Below, piece by piece: positions 41,810-54,340 of a DNA stretch of 64,000 nucleotides (position 1 is its first letter; each line of letters starts with the position of its first letter). A program made the translations under genes and the position numbers. The notes beneath the pieces were generated by a model. It made no database searches, had not been told where the DNA came from, and saw nothing but the letters and a program-made list of their open reading frames with translations. The stretch covers positions 6,483,741 through 6,547,740 of the forward strand of contig MU058636.1 of the NCBI GenBank assembly GCA_013265495.1, given 5' to 3'. The stretch comes from Vicugna vicugna (taxonomy: Eukaryota).

Positions 41810-42238
41810 ATACCTGGCTGTTCAGAGTTTCCCTCTCCACACTGTTCTCTCCTAAGGAGCACAATACAGACTCCATCCTCTCCCCATGCTCCAACCTCGA
41901 CACCCTTCCTGCTCACCTTCTTTAGATCCGTACTCAACTGTCACACTTCCGTGAGTTTCTTTCTTGGTCGCCTTTCCTAAAAGTGCTAACGCTCCCCATA
42001 CCCCCACCCTTCTTGATCCTTCTTAGTACTTCCCATTATTTAACTTACTATATAACACATCTCAACAGACCTTGTCTCCTCTAATATGAAAACTCCTCTT
42101 GCTTATAATCTACCTCCTCCTACTAGAATGTACAGACCATGAGAGATTTTGTATGTTTTGTTCATTGCTAGACTCCCAGGGCCTAGTGCAGTGCCTGGTA
42201 CATAATAAGTGTCAAATATTTTTGTTGACTGAATGAAA
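41810..42238 (+). mobile_element. LINE-2 3' end
   Basis: cagtgcctggtacataataagtgtcaaatatttttgttgactgaatgaa. Confidence 0.8.
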
Positions 42239-43884
42239 GAGACCTTCCTTTTCTGAATTTGGAAATCTACATTTCCTTATAAGTTCCCAGGGGCCAACTA
42301 CAATAGCATCTTGTACTGAGAACATTAACAAAAACTTGGAAATGAGGGAAAAGGATGGCTGCCTGTCCTGATTCAATGTTGCACTGAATCATTGTCTGAT
42401 AGACTCGTGTAGGGATTATTTAATTCTTCATGACTATATCTTATTTGTCATACCATTTACTGTTGATAAGGGTTCAGATGCTAAGAAGTTACATGGTAAC
42501 TTTCAGATTTTGGCTGATAGAAAGTAAATGATTTCTGCGCAGATGAAAAACTCACCCCAAAGGTTATACTTTTATTGCACTGTTGGACATATAACGGTTT
42601 TGTATCTATCCTGGCAATCTTTTTTTTTTTCATTGTCTTTAAATGTGCTGTATCTCAAATGTATTTTGAATCAGACTTATCACTTGGCTGGTTCCCTCAT
42701 CAATGAGTTAAATAAATCTTTAACATGTGTTTATTCTATTTTTGTATGAGAGTCATACTGTAACACTTTAAAGATAATATTTTGAAAGTTTTCGGAGACA
42801 TACCCCCAAGATCTGCAAGTGGAGATCAGATAAAAAGCAGAAAATCTGGTAACATTAGTACTTTTGTTCCTATGTCAGGTTATTTGCAAGCTCAGATCAA
42901 TTTTAAAAAGTGCCCATTGCAAAGGGGAACAACTCTGTGATCTGGGCCACTCACTTTTTGTGATTCTAAGTTTACTTCTGACCTACGTCTGCTACTGTAG
43001 AACTGAGAGTCAAGCTATTTGTCCAGCTGTTTGTAACTGAGAAAACGTTTTTCTCTTGTTGCATGAGTTTGAAATATGTAACTACACCTGGCAAGAATTA
43101 ATAAAATAGATTATAAAATGTCATAAAAGAACTCTGTTCTGATTGTGTTATAAATAATAATAAGCACTTATATAAATCTAAGGTTACCAGAATTTCTGCA
43201 AATTAAATTTCTAATATTTTAAATATGCTATCGACCATTTCCCCAAATCCATAAACCAACCACTTTCTAGCACGAAAACTGTTAACTCAGAAGCATTTTT
43301 ATAGAAAATGCAAGTTTATGTAATCAAAATGAATCACTAGACCTATTAGATTTGTTTGATCACTTTGGTTAAAAGTAGCTTCTCCCTGACTCTATCTATG
43401 CAGAATATAATACAAGAAAACATTTCACAGTAGATCTCTATTTGTCTCCTCATGAATAAACAATTTCATTTGAACTCCTCAAAACTCTTATTTGGGTTTA
43501 CTGATCAGGCAAGCCAACATATTTCACACAAAATTTTGGGTTATGAAAAACAAAAATTTTGGCTTATGATAAACATTAACAATTAAACAAAGTTATAATT
43601 TTGATGATTGTTTAATATTAACAGCGACTGTGTTCTATAGTACATCAGCTTACACATAATTTTCAAGATCTTTAACATTAAGAAATTAAGATGATATTGA
43701 GTTAATTAATGAATAATCTTGGATACCTATACAATTTCTAATCAACTAGAATACTGTAACATTGGTCAGCAAGCATAGTTTTATATCATTATAATAAGCA
43801 CACATAAACATATCAAATTTGAGATATATATATCTCATATATTATAATACATTACATTGTGGCTATACCCTGAGGTCCTGTTAC

Positions 43885-44081
43885 ACAGGGTTTCTCGACA
43901 GAGGTACTTATGGTCTTTGGGATAAGATAATTCTCTGCTGTGGAGGACTATCCTGTGCATTGTAGAATATCTAAGTCCTACTAAATGCCATTAGCACTGC
44001 TCTTCCCCTGCAAGTCATAACAATCAAAATGTCTCCAAACATTGGCAAATATCCCTCAGAGAAAAAAAATTAGAACTACTG
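43885..44081. mobile_element. MER20 hAT MITE
   Basis: cagggtttctc...gataattctctgctgtgg...tcctgtgcattgtagaat...aaaatgtctccaaacattg. Confidence 0.85.
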
Positions 44082-44344
44082 TGTTAATGAAGGTGTTTGT
44101 TTTTACCATTTTAACAATGTGATAAAATGATCCATGTGACTGTTGGCAGTCATATTAGGTTTACTCTGCTGACTTTTCTAAAGGCTGAAATTTGAAGGAT
44201 CTACTCCTCATCCCCCCACCCCATTCTCTCTGAAAGTAGAAGTTAGTTATTTTAGCTAAAAGTTGAAATTAATGAGTGATTAAGACTTTGGTAGGAAAAG
44301 GGTGGCAGAGACGTATCACTGTGTATAAAAGGTAATGGACCACT

Positions 44345-44532
44345 AAATATTAAAAATAGATTTAAAAAACTTCTTCTGTATAGGACAGGGAACTATATGC
44401 AATATCTTATAATAACCTTTAATGAAAAAGAATATGAAAACAAATACATGTATATGTATGAATGACTGGGACATTATGCTGTACACCAGAAACTGACACA
44501 TTGTAACTGACTATACTTCAATTTTTTTTTAA
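44345..44532 (+). mobile_element. Short lineage-specific LINE-1 3' end (camelid-like)
   Basis: acagggaactatatgcaatatctt...atgactgggacattatgctgtacaccagaaactgacacattgtaactgactatacttcaa. Confidence 0.8.
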
Positions 44533-45313
44533 ATGCAGTGTTTACAAAGAAAAAACTGAGAGAATTTTGTCCTAAAATTAAGCATCTTATTCTAAAACGT
44601 GAATGCAGATAGTGACGGTTCAAACTTGACTGGATATATAAAATTAAAGAAAGAATGCAGATGATTTTGCTGCCTTGGTCTATAATAAATACAAACAATG
44701 AACCTAAAAATAAGCGATGATACATGTTCAAAATTTGGCACAATTGGCTCAGTTTTGACGAAGTAATTCATGTTTAAAAAATAAAAAAGAATTCTGTTAA
44801 TCCTTTATGGCCAAATATTTTGTTAACACAAAATTAAGATTTTGGTCTTCTTTCCATTAAAATTGATCTTGGAGTATTTGGTCTGCTTTTAACAAGGAAT
44901 GAGAAAGCTTATTATTTTTCATCTATGGAATCTGCTCAGATAACAGAGATTCCATATCTCACTAGAATAATTTTGTATGCTTCGGCTGATTTAGCGATGC
45001 CCTTTATTATTTTTTTAAAAGTCCTCACCAAAAGAGCTAAAGTCATGATAACATCCTCTGCCTTTAATACATGCCACTGTCACTTTGATGAATAGTCTGG
45101 CTAAAACTATTCATGTACTTGGGCATCTATGATTCTCTCTTAGTAAGTGACTACATCTTCTTAAACTTTTGATTTTTTTCTTTCAGAATCAGATTCTGAA
45201 ATTGGGCAAGAAAACGTAAGGTGTCTCTTACTACCTAAATTATTTTTCAGATTTTCCAGCAGGATCCTAGGAAATCACAAAGATTTGGATTGGGTTTTTT
45301 TTTTTTTAACTTA

Positions 45314-45790
45314 TGTATTAATTTCCTACTGCTACTATAACAAATCACCACAAACTTAGTGGCTTAAAACAACACAAAGATATCCCCTTACCATCCTGTA
45401 GGGTGTAAGTCCAAAATAAGGTTCAGTAGGCTAACATGAAGATTTTGGCAGGGCTGGTTCCTTCTGGAGGTTTTGAGGGGATAATCCACTTCCTCACTTT
45501 TTGCAGCTTCCAGTGTCCACCCCTATTCCTTGGTTTATGGTCTCTTCCTCTATCTCCAAAGCGTATCATTCCAATCTCTGCCTCCAGTACCACATCACAA
45601 TCTCTTCTCTCTTATATAACCCTTATAATTATATTGGGCCCACTCAGATAATCCAGAACAATCTCGATTTCAAAATCCTTAGTTTAATCATGTCTGTAAA
45701 GACTCCTTTGTCTTTTAAGGTAATATATTTATATGTCCTGGGGATTAGGACATGAAGATGTTTGGGAGCCCATTATCCAGTCTACCTTGT
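45314..45790 (-). mobile_element. MLT1C/D-like (MaLR) solo LTR
   Basis: tgtattaatttcct...caccacaaacttagtggcttaaaacaacac...ttgggcccactcagataatccag. Confidence 0.88.
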
Positions 45791-47559
45791 AAAAAGGAGT
45801 ATCAGAAATAATTAGGTTTGCTGGTAAACTCCCCACCTCTTAAGTAGCTCTACATCATTGTAAAAGCTGCAGGGAAAAGTTGTTAAATAAAAGATGCTCA
45901 GCCTTCCTTAGGTTAATTTTGGACAAGTAAAACATTGTTAGCATAAATATGTTTTCTAGATTGTACACTTTCACAAGGCAGGCTGAAAGACTTGGAAGAT
46001 TTGTCAATGCCTTTGCTATACATGATATGTTCTTATGCCCAGAGGAAACATTGATCAAATTCTTAAGAACGAATTATATATTATACTCCAACAGAAGATT
46101 TTACTCTTTTATTCTGTTTATTGGTTACTGAAATAAATTAGCCGTACTCATTCAGTCTTACCATTAACAGGTGGTTTTTGTTTCTCCCTGTTCTTTGAAG
46201 ACTTAATACTCAAGACAGAAATAATGAATTCTGACAAAAGACAGTCTTGGAGCCTTGCGGGAAGAACTCAATCAGGTCCTCTTTACTATTGACTTTTCAA
46301 GACATACAGTCATGGGTACAGGCTTTGAGATTAACTCAACATTACCTAGTCAACCATGAATCTGTAAAGAGAACTGAATGAAGATATCCAGGATGCATTT
46401 GAGTCCAGAAGCAGACGACTTTCAAGAAAATCATTCTGCTGATCCAAGATCCATTAGAGCAAGACTTAAGTGAACATAAGATGTGCTGAACTAATGAGGG
46501 AAATTGCATGCAGCATTTTGGGGAGACTACCCTTATAATTATTCTTAATACTGTATTTTTTGTTACATATATGAGGAAGCCCTTTATCTTTTTAAAATCT
46601 ATCTCTAACTCTCAAGTTACACTTTTGTAACTGAAATTTAAGATTCTTTAAGTGGTATCTGGTTCTCATGACTCCAGAGTTTGTAATTCTGGTTTTCAGA
46701 ATTTAGGAACAAAAATTTTAATTGAGTCTCCTTTTCATGGCAATGTAGTTGTTTGCATAAAGTCAATACAAATCTATCCTCCTTTGTACAAAGAAATGTT
46801 TTAACAAGTGTTTACAATGAGGCCATACCTAGAGCATCATATTTGAAAATAAAACACATTTAATGAACTTTGACAAGCCCACCATTGAGTAACAAGGATT
46901 GACTTCATGTGTGGAACCAATGCTCACAAATATTTCCCAGGAAATGGTCTGATACAGTTCTATGGCTTTCAGTTCCTAGACTTACATGCAGTAGAGGTCA
47001 GGAAGTTTAGCAGATTGCGGGAACTTCAAGAAGAGAATTCAACCTAAGGTATAGTTACTGCAGGCGAAAACTGTTGAGATTAATTTCTTAGGCTTGGTTT
47101 TCTACAGTCAGAATACAAGAACCAATAAGGCTTTTTGTTTAATCTTTGGAATAACAGAGGCCATGACATGAGATTCCTTATGAAATTTCCAGACAGAAGT
47201 TAACTTTCTCAACACCTTTGACTCTACATTTGCTAACCTCAAAGAGGCTCATCTCTTTAAGACTTCTACGGAATCTATGTAAATTAATCAGATCAAAACA
47301 CAAAGTGATAGCCTCTCTTTCTGGTGATCAAAAATAATCCTTAGAGACTATTTATGATCACACTTGAAAACTCACCTGCCCTGTATCAAAGGATAGTTTG
47401 TTGTGTTTTTTTAAGGTAAAATCATAACCCTCGCACAAATATAAAATGAACACATATCAAAGATTCTATTTAATGTATTCATTAATAAGAGAACCAGAAA
47501 CATATTCCAATAGTGTCAAAGGATATTGGGTTCTTTTGGGTGGGGGTATGGAGGGGAAA

Positions 47560-48040
47560 TCAGTTGTCTCGCCATTTGACGTAATTCATTTGCATATTTA
47601 TAGAGTCATTTGCATGGTTAGTTAACTACAACTAACCCAGCTGTAAATTGCTCATAGTCAATGAAAGGTAAAGATAACCCTGGGTTACTAGACAGGATAC
47701 TCAATCTTCATTTATTAATTTAGTTAGCCCATTTACAAGTTTTTTGCAATTTTTTCTGACACATTTGACTCCCTACTTCCCCCTTCCGTCTCTTGCAGGC
47801 TTCTCAACTCATCTCATGAAGAATAGATTCCTCCTCCCTTTCCCCTAAAAAGACTCCTTAAACCACATTAGTACTAAGAAATGGTAAGAGTGCTTCTTTA
47901 CCATTAATTTCTTCACAGCTGAGTATGGTTTCCCCCAGGGACTGCTTCTGTAGCCTCACATCACTTTCTATGAGGCTTCGGTTTGCTGATTCCTTGAATA
48001 CTCTGCGCCTCAAAAGAAAATATTGACTTGAAGTAACAAG
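47560..48040 (+). mobile_element. Possible degenerate LTR
   Basis: Follows a G-rich, PPT-like tract (ggggtatggaggggaaa) downstream of the ERV-internal region and ends ...gtaaca. Family not recognised. Confidence 0.3.
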
Positions 48041-48253
48041 CCCTTACTCAGGCCTGAAAAACAGTTCATGTCTCCATTGGTGGAAAAAAAATGAAACTCA
48101 CTGTTACTTTAATAACTTAGCCCCATCCAAGGGGCTATCCAATTGGACAAGGCCCTAAGGATTGGGTCACTCAAAGGGGTCTGGTCTGCAGGCCGTGGCA
48201 GAGAGGAAGGCACTGGTGCCAAGGAACCTGGCCTTTTCTTTAGGTTCTCCCCA

Positions 48254-48933
48254 TGTAATAACCAGGATCCTATGAGGACTTCCTGGGACAGATCCCTCCC
48301 CCCATGTCCTCTGCCTGCTTCTTGTTTGTGAAAAAGCCGTCATCTCCCAGGCCTCCCCTGAGTCACAAAAGTCTGACTCAAGAATTAGTGATTGAAAAGA
48401 TGTGAACATGTATTTACAAAGGTAGTGTTGTTGGGCCACGAGAACTGGTAACATTTTAAACAGTATATCAGCCACATGGCAGTCATGGAATCTTTAGTTC
48501 CTCCCTGAAGTACCTAGGTAACATTATCTGATGCACATTTCCTGAGTTGTTTTACAAAGATGCTAAAACCATCCCTACCAAGTAGAAGTTAACTACTTGA
48601 TGACCATGAATACATAGCCCCCAGGCCCACTAGAGCCTGAGGATCAATAGATGTTAACCCCTGTGACACCACCCTGTTTACCTCACCATCAACCAATCAG
48701 AGAATTGTTCGTGAGCTGATCACACATCCTGCAACTCCTCCACTCCTCTCCCTCACCTTGCCTTTGAAAATGCTTCCAAGAAAACCATCCGGGAGTCTGA
48801 GTCTTTTGAGTATGAGCTGCCCTGTTCTCCTTGCATGGTCTTTGCAATACACTTTCTCTGCTCCAATCTCTGACAGTTAGGTTTGTTTGGCTTCACTGTG
48901 CTTCTCAGGCACACGAACTTGGGTTCGACAACA
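48254..48933 (+). mobile_element. ERV1-class solo LTR (680 bp) with 4-bp TSD
   Basis: TGT...ACA termini flanked by CCCA on both sides (48250-48253, 48934-48937); CCAAT box aaccaatcag. Confidence 0.88.
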
Positions 48934-49519
48934 CCCAGAAGAACCCTTAATGCTCTGCCATATCTCTGCCCTAAGGTGCTTGCTTTTGTTCTCTGTGAGC
49001 TATTATATTTTTCAGGCTCTGAAGGCAAGGCTTGCAAGTCAGCTGAAGTCATCTTAGTTAGATTCCTTAAAGGCATCACTGAGATGTATTCAAATATATG
49101 CAAATAGGGTACACAATGGCGTAATTAAAATAAAATCTAGTAGCCTTAAATAGATACCAAATAATAGTCCTAGGAGAGGCAATTAATTCTATTGTTTACA
49201 ACCACTCTCTTTGTTAGCTGATTTTTTTTTTCCCCAAATGAAGAGACAAACCATTTTCTTTGCTTCTCTGATAGACAAAAAACATTGTATTTATTATCTG
49301 CTTCATTTTTATTTGGAAAAGCATAGCCAAATGATGACAATTAACAAGAGGAAAAACAAGTCAGAAGTGGACCACTGCTTGGAAGGCGCTCAGAGTCTGG
49401 CCACTACTCACACTTCAGTCTGACCTCATCTCCCAACCCCTTCTCCCAATGTTCAGCTCCTTCTGTACGGAATTTCTGGCAGTCTCACAATCCTACCCAT
49501 AACCAGTCCCCTCTGCCAG

Positions 49520-50390
49520 AAATCAGAACACAGCCCCTGCCTTCAGGAGCACACACGCAGTCAGGGAAAGAGACAAACAAGCAGGTAATTTTATAATAGA
49601 GGATGCTGACCGCAGTGATGGAGATGTGAACAGAGCCTGGCGGAGGCATGAACAGGAGCACCTATGGGAGGAGGAAGGAGAGCAGTCAGAGCTGAGCTTG
49701 AAAGATGTCAAACTTGAGCTGAGGACTGAAGGGAGTATAGGAAGCAAGACCTGAGGAAGGTGGAGACCTAAAATACAGGACTTTATAATCTGGGTTTGTA
49801 AGAACTACTGGGAGTTAAGGGGGTGAAACAGTGTAAGGCCAAGAGGGACGAGAGAAAGAAGCTCCGGAGGCAGAGTGACCAGAGCCTGAAGGACTGGGCT
49901 TGCCACTGTCAAAAGATAAAATGAGACATGTTAAAATTTTAAGAGTTTATCTGAGCAAAAGTCAATTCTAATCGGGCAGCGCCAACCCAGAAGCAGTCGG
50001 GTATGCTCTACCAGCAGGGACGTTTATACAGACAAGGCAAAGCAAAGTAAGGGAGTTACTGACTGGCTGTAACTTATGGGATAAAGTTTCTTCTAGGGTG
50101 GAGACCACCTGCCTGCACCCTCACAGAAGGGAAAGGTGGGCAAATACTGAAGGAGGAGGCCCCCAGTTCAGAGGCTGCTACGGTAACACCTGGGCGACTT
50201 GACCGTGGCTTTTGTTAAGGCAGCAGCAGTGGACAAGAGAGGGGGGCATATATAAAAGATGTTAAGAATGGAGAGAATTAACTGGACTGATCACTAATTA
50301 GAGAAAGTGCTGGGATGAGAAAAGGAGGAGCCAAAGTCAGCTCCCAACTGTCACCGGCATCGCCCATTAACAATTCTTGGGGAATAAAAA
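49520..50390 (-). mobile_element. LINE-2 remnant, interrupted by an LTR-like fragment (~49907-50100)
   Basis: gagctgagcttgaaagatg and ggactgatcactaattaga are reverse-L2-like; the insert begins tgtcaaaagataaaatgag...aagagtttatctgagcaaa. Confidence 0.55.
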
Positions 50391-50454
50391 TAGAATCTGG
50401 GTAATAAAATAAAGTCTAACCTTTTTTTCTTCTTTGTGCTTAGTCTAGTTTCAC

Positions 50455-50705
50455 TTGTTCACACGGTCCCACGCGCAGAGGCCTCGCCCCGACACTTTAG
50501 ACCGGAGTTCCCGGTGCCAAACGGCTGCGCCAGCTCCTCAGCTCGCCTGCGCGTCCACACAGGACGCGGCAGCCCAAGATGGCGGCGGCGGGCGGTGTGC
50601 AGAGCCGCGGGCCGCGCACGGCATCCGGAGCGCGGGCGCCACGGCCGCGCCCGCCCCGCGGGAGGCCCGCCCCCGCCCTCTGAAGCAGCCGCGCCCAGGG
50701 CCTCT
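50455..50705 (-). promoter_or_regulatory. CpG-island promoter and probable non-coding first exon of a minus-strand gene
   Basis: Only strongly GC/CpG-rich stretch in the window. GC boxes (CCCGCCCC) at ~50650-50680 and a YY1-type motif CAAGATGGCGGC at 50575-50586. The GC boxes lie upstream if transcription is on the minus strand, matching the minus-strand exons. The exon-1 donor is uncertain (candidate AAG|gttaga near 50420). Confidence 0.85.
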
Positions 50706-51648
50706 TGGGAAGGGCCTGTCCTCTAGAGCCCTGAGCTCACAGCTCTCCATTCTTCGATGGAAGAATAAATCTTTCCTTTGCTTCTGACCCAAACTCGGTC
50801 TCATTCTATTGGCAGGAGCATCGTCAGGCAGAAGGACCCTTGTTGGGGCCTGACTCTAAGGGTCAGTGACACAATTTTCATGCTTGGCAACTCTGTAGCT
50901 ACTGGTGTCTACACTGAGTCAGGAGCACAGGAGCGGGGCTTGGGGTTGGAGGGACGTTGAGTGGCATATTGAATGTATTGAGAAGTAAGTGCTTGATGAG
51001 CAGGAGGCAGACGGATAGACAGGTGGGTAGGTAAGCTCTGGCATGTAGACGGTCACGCGGAGTACTAGTGTAAGGAGACATAGCAAAAGGGGCAGAGACC
51101 CCGTAAGCAGCCCGTCAGCAGTGCGGGAAAAAATAGTGACGGCGCTGACAGGCAGTGATTGATTCAAGACATATTTAGGAAGTAAACTGTATTTTTTCCC
51201 CTTCATTCTTTAACCATTTAAACATTACTCATGAGCCCAAGACTACATTAATTGCTTTTATGGAATGAGGAACCACAAGCTAGAAAAATCTGGATGGTTA
51301 AGGCTTTGGCTTGTGTTAATGTCTTTTTTTCCATTCTGATATCTAAAGCCTTTCTAAAGTTCGTGTAAGAAGTATGTCAAAGGGGTATCCCAGCCCTCTT
51401 TATTTTCTGGGAGTAATAGGGTGATTTACCCACGTTACTTAGCTAATTGGTAGCAGAGCTAGAACTGGACTCCTTCCGGTTTCTAACATGGTACGGATCT
51501 TTCAACTTGGCGTGTACTTGTAAATATTTAAAACAGCCTTCTAAAGATCTACAGAACGTCAGAGAAGCTATATTTTAGGCAACAATCCATTCTTATCCCC
51601 AAAGGTACATTACAGCTGAAATCATGAAATTAATAGTTACTTACTTAC

Positions 51649-51777
51649 CCAGAATCAATACATTCCTTGGCAAAGATGAGCGATTGGTTTTGGACAGAAC
51701 ATAAAAGAGATGCAGAGAAGCCAGCGCAGCTGAGCACTGCTGAGGGTGGAGACAGGAGGCTGGGGAGGGTGGAGAGC
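51649..51777 (-). other. Candidate 129-nt non-coding exon upstream of the CpG island
   Basis: Minus strand: acceptor catgttccattgcag|GCTCTCC and consensus donor TCTGG|gtaagt. Locally GC-elevated with no recognisable repeat. Confidence 0.4.
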
Positions 51778-52806
51778 CTGCAATGGAACATGAGGGGCTG
51801 AGGCCAGCCTCAGCCCATCCAGGTCTTAAGACCTGTGTCGTGGCCTGACCGAGGCGGGGGATAGATATAACATTAGTGACTGAGCCTTTGAGCATAAGAA
51901 CCTAGAGTTTAGAAACCTTTAGGAAACCCAGTTTCCTAGTCTGGGTCCCTATATTCTATGTGTCCTCTGACTTCAGATCAACATCTTTATCAAATGTCTT
52001 TTAACTGATTAACTGTATGTGAATGTTGCAAGTTGGAAGTAGAAGTCCATCCAAGAACGTGATATTCTAAAGAAAAACCTGTAATCGAAAAGATGCTATG
52101 GCCCTAGTGCGGAAGTAAAAATACATAATGTTATAAAAATCCCCAGAACAGTTCAGGTTTATTCAAATTATTTTCTCTTGAAATGAGAAAATCAAACCGA
52201 CATACAAATATAACTACTCTAAATTGAAATGCCACATTCTTTATGAGCCACTTCTACTTTCAAACTATGTCAAGAACAAGTGTTCACTAAATGCATTTCT
52301 TTTAGAAGCTGTCTTAATGTGGAAGTGAAATACCATATACACTCACTATTTCCATGGTAACTATTTTCTTGCTAAATGAAACTGGCATAATCAGCATTTA
52401 AGACCTTCTATTTCCTGAAATGTTCATCTTATGTGAATGTCTTTTGTATATAAGTTACATGTAGTATCTTCTTTTATTTTCTTCTTTTAATTAAAACTAA
52501 TTTTGTTAAATTTTGTAGCTATGCATAGGGAAAATGATGTGGTGTATTTGTTGCTCTAGTGTTCATAAGATACATTCTTTTAATATTTGAATGTTTTGTA
52601 ATAAAACCTGACATACTTTTCTCATAGTGTTGAGAATTCAGAGCTTTTTTCAAAAGATAATTTAGTTAATGTATGTCCTAAATGTGTTTGGTAAACACCA
52701 CAAGAAATGCTCTATCTGTGTTAAAAGATAATTTTCAGAAAAAGGTAAAATCATTTCTCTCATACAGATATGAAAATGAATATGTGTTTAAAATGTTTAC
52801 TTTACT

Positions 52807-53238
52807 GATTACGAGAGAACCGGGCGACAAAGACTCCCTGGCACTGAGCCCCTTCTTAACTAGGCCTCATCCTCGGGCCATGGTCCCTAATGGGCCTGCA
52901 TAGCCCAGTTTTAGCAAGAATCCTAAGTCCATTTAGAGCGAATCCCTCATTCGTGGTATCTGATGACCCTGGCCTGACTTCAGGAAGAATCCCGTTAAGT
53001 CCCTTTAACAGGAATTCCCCGGACCCCTGGGGACTCCTCTCAGTGATTTTTCATCTGCCCGCCCCTCACTCAGCTGGTTGGCTACAAATCCCCGGCTGTC
53101 TCTGCTGTGTTTGGAATTGAACCCACTATCTCTCCTCTGTTGCAGTAGTGTTGACACCCATCACAATCGTCCTGAATAAAGTCTTCCTTTCCATCTTAAC
53201 AAGTGTCAGAATAAGGTTGTTTTTTTTTTCCTTTAACA
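52807..53238 (+). mobile_element. MER31-like ERV1 LTR
   Basis: cagttttagcaagaatcc with related repeats, tcctgaataaagtcttcctt, ends ctttaaca. Confidence 0.8.
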
Positions 53239-54199
53239 CAGGCAGGTGTTTAATTGGTTCAAAGGAAAAAATCATAAAACACAAACTTCAGTGAGTAAAA
53301 GGATCAAACTGTAAACACGGGCAAAACTGGTTTTTCTCACGGGGCAGGGAAATCTACTGGAAAAGACAGAGTTTGATATCTATCAGTTACCTACAGTTCA
53401 CAAACTCTGCAAAATAGCTCAGAGACAGCAATCTAGAGTTTGTTGTGGAGTTAGCAGAAGACAGCCTGGAAGATGGGCAATGCTTAGTTGTCCACTGAAG
53501 TATAAGTTTGTTTCTGGAGTACAGCATGGTAACCACAGGGAGAACAAGTCACACTGTAAATTCCTTTGAGCATCAGCTTTGCAGTCATACTCTCCCGGAA
53601 TCCAAAGCCTGACTTCTCGTAATCCGGTCTCAGAAAGTAGATACTTAACTCTTGCAGGATCTCTATGCAGTGCAGTCTATATACTTTTGAGAAGAACAGT
53701 CCATCCATAGATAGTCCCTACTTACAAAGCTGATGTAGTAAAGGCCATAAACCATCACCCAATATGGCCAATAAAGATACAAAGTTTATTAATATTCTCA
53801 TTAGCAAAGAAAACACATTTTTTTTGAATTTTAAGAAACCCATTAGAAAGAAAATGGAATCTAGCTAAATGAAAAAGTGCCGGGGAGATTAACTTAAAGA
53901 GTTCTTCATATTAATTCACTGAAGTAATTATATGGCTTTCATTGTACTTATTTCATACTGTCTTACATAAACTTTTTAAAAAACATATTTTGACCTACTC
54001 CAGTCAGCACAAGAACTGTCTATATCACCATGGTCTCCTCCACAGAGCCTAGTGCTCTGCACATAATTATATGTTGGCTGAGTGACTGAATTGAATGAAA
54101 CTCAGTGAAGCCTTCTCTGTGTATGTGAAGTACCATTTCCCAGACATGCTGTTTTCTATGGCCCTAATTTAATTTAAAAAGTCATTTTTAGATATTACT

Positions 54200-54340
54200 A
54201 CTAGCTATCATCTATCGAGCACTGATTATGTGCCAGGATCTGTGCTAAGCGTTTCACATTTATTATCTCATTTAATTTCTACAACAACCCTATGAGGTTA
54301 TTATCCTCCTTTTGCCAGAGATATAATGGGATTAAGTTTC
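54200..54340 (-). mobile_element. MIR SINE
   Basis: tatgtgccaggatctgtgctaagcg...attatctcatttaatttctacaacaaccctatgagg. Confidence 0.88.

Larger units (their letters stand above)
42800..47150 (+). mobile_element. Non-autonomous ERV1-type internal sequence (MER34/MER4-group-like) with nested insertions
   Basis: AT-rich and collinearly similar to 55190-57125 (e.g. gaactctgttctgattg vs gagctctattctgattg; ataattttcaagat in both). Boundaries approximate. Confidence 0.6.

Noticed and set aside
43820..43837. 18-bp palindrome TGAGATATATATATCTCA
   Set aside because: Mostly a self-complementary (AT)n run inside a repeat.
50436..50804. Overlapping Arg/Ala/Pro-rich ORFs
   Set aside because: Expected from stop-codon scarcity in a CpG island.
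53484..53708. 74-aa minus-strand ORF as an exon
   Set aside because: No convincing splice sites or domain; it lies among ERV-like sequence.
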